Shown here one piece after another: positions 62,194 to 64,000 of a DNA stretch of 64,000 nucleotides. Below the pieces are notes generated by a model. It had not been told where the DNA came from, did not search any database, and worked only from the letters and a program-made list of their open reading frames with translations. The stretch comes from Pristiophorus japonicus (lineage: Eukaryota), in NCBI RefSeq assembly GCF_044704955.1, contig NC_092000.1, positions 6,076,001 to 6,140,000 of the forward strand, read 5' to 3'. Numbering within the stretch: position 1 is the first letter of the stretch; the number at the start of each line of letters is the position of its first letter. The position numbers and the translations under genes are program-made.

Positions 62194-63765
62194 CATAAGA
62201 ACATAAGAAATAGGAGCAGGAGTAGACCGTTTGTCCCTCGAGCCTGCTCCGCCATTTAATAAGATCATGGACTCAGCTCCACCTCCCTGCCCGCTGCCCA
62301 TAACCTTTTATTGCCTTATCGCTCAAAAATCTGTCCGTCTATGCCTTAAATATATCCAATGACCCCGCCTCCACAGCGCTCTGGGGCAGAGAATTCCACA
62401 GATTTACAACCCTCAGAAGAAATTCCTCGTCATCTTGAGTTTTAAATGGGTGGCCCCTTATTCTGAGACTATGTCCCCTAAGTTTTAGTTTCCCCTATGA
62501 GTGGAAATATCCTCTCTGCATCCACCTTGTCGAGCCCCTTCATTATCTTGTATGTTTCGATAAGATCATCTCTCTTCTGAACTCCAATGGGTATAGGCCC
62601 AACCTACTCAACCTATCTTCATAAGTCAACCCCCTCATCCCCGGAATCAACCGAGTGAACCTTCTCTGAACAGCCTCCAATGCAAGTATATCCTTCCTTA
62701 AATATGGAGACCAAAACTATATGCAGTACTCTAGGTGTGGCCTCACTAATACCCTGTACAATTGTAGCAGGACTTCTCTGCTTTTATACCCCATCCCCCT
62801 TGCAATAAAGGCAAACATTCCATTTGCTGTACCTGCATACTAACTTTTTGTGTTTCATGTCCAAGGACCCCCAGGTCCCTCTGTACTGAAGCACTTTGTA
62901 ATCTTTCTTCATTTAAATTATAATTTGCTTTTCTATTTTTATTGCCAAAGTGGATAACCTCACATTTTCCCACATTATACTCCATCTGCCATATTTTTGC
63001 CCACTCACTTAACCTGTCTATATTCCTTTGCAGATTTTTTGTGTCCTCCTCACAATTTGCTTTCCCACCCATCTTTGTATTATCAGCAAACTTCATCCAA
63101 GTCATTCATATAGATTGTAAATAGTTGAGGCCCCAGCACCGATCCTTGCGGCACCCCATTTATCCCGACTCTGTTTTTTCTGTTATTTAACCAATCCTCT
63201 ATCCATGCTAATATATTACCCCCAATCCCGTGCACTTTTATCTTGTGCAGTAACCTTTTATGTGGCACCTTATCGAATGCCTTCTGGAAATCCAAATACA
63301 CCACATCCACTGGTTCCCCCTTATCCACCCTGTTCATTACATCCTTGAAGAACTCCAGCAGATTTGTCAAACATGATTTCCCTTTCATAAAACCACGCTG
63401 ACTCTGCTTGATTAAATTATGCTTTTCCAAATGTCCTGCTACTGCTTCCTTGATAATGGACTCCAGCATTTTCCCAATGATAGATGTTGGGCTAACTGGT
63501 CTATAGTTTCTTGCTTTTTGTCTGCTCCTTTTTTAAACAGGGGCGTTACATTTGCGGTTTTCCATTCCTCTGGAACCTCCCCAGAATGCAGGGAATTTTG
63601 GTAGATTACAACCAATGCATCCACTATCTCTGCAGCCACTTCTTTTCAGACCCTAGGATGTCAGGCATCAGGTCCAGGGGACTTGTCCGCCTTTAGCCCC
63701 ATTATTTTACCGAGTACTACTACTATCGTGATTGTATTAAGTTCCTTCCTCCCTATAAGCCCCTT
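62194..63765 (-). mobile_element. CR1 LINE RT region, disrupted
   Basis: ORFs 62746-63639 with YLDFQKAFDKVPH and FADN. CATAAGAACATAAGAA tail. Confidence 0.92.
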
Positions 63766-64000
63766 AAGTAATTGAATTTAATGCTTTTGCCCACTCCCAT
63801 TATCCCTGTGTTGCAATTGGCTAATGCCATTACACTCTAACGCATCTGTGGGACTAAGGCTGATGTGGGTTCTCTCAACTGTACTCAGCAGCTATGGCAG
63901 CATCTCTCCATTTTATTGAATCTAAGAGATGGTTTTGCTGAATTTTGTGTCCCATCAAATGTAAGCACTAGAGAATGGAGCACTCTCTGCACCTAGCTCT

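Noticed and set aside
58279-64000. PIN1 exon 4
   Set aside because: No QMQKPFE/SGIHII-like sequence seen, so it presumably lies beyond the window. This is not evidence of pseudogenisation.

Overview
Vertebrate genomic DNA, almost certainly from a shark (elasmobranch). The window is dominated by CR1 LINEs, SacSINE1-like DeuSINEs, L2 and RTE fragments and MITEs, so most ORFs in the track are transposon remnants or repeat read-throughs. I reconstructed two known genes by hand. UBL5/HUB1 lies on the - strand (complete 73-aa CDS in 4 coding exons, 25411-35237) and has two U12-type minor-spliceosome introns. PIN1 lies on the + strand (exons 1-3, 38988-58278; exon 4 not found in the window). They are head-to-head across a ~1.1-kb CpG island with 15 co-oriented CCAAT boxes. 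An unrecognised 509-codon, very acidic, probably disordered ORF (18778-20307) faces UBL5 tail-to-tail. Other notable items: a young U6 snRNA retrocopy joined to CR1 tail sequence, five 33-bp minisatellites inside SINEs that share one derived junction base, a Harbinger-type MITE with an in-window empty-site control, a 5'-inverted RTE insertion, an RTE-tailed non-coding element and a possible LF-SINE-related relic. I found no CRISPR or other prokaryotic system. Repeat family names come from recalled consensus features, not database searches, and repeat boundaries are approximate.
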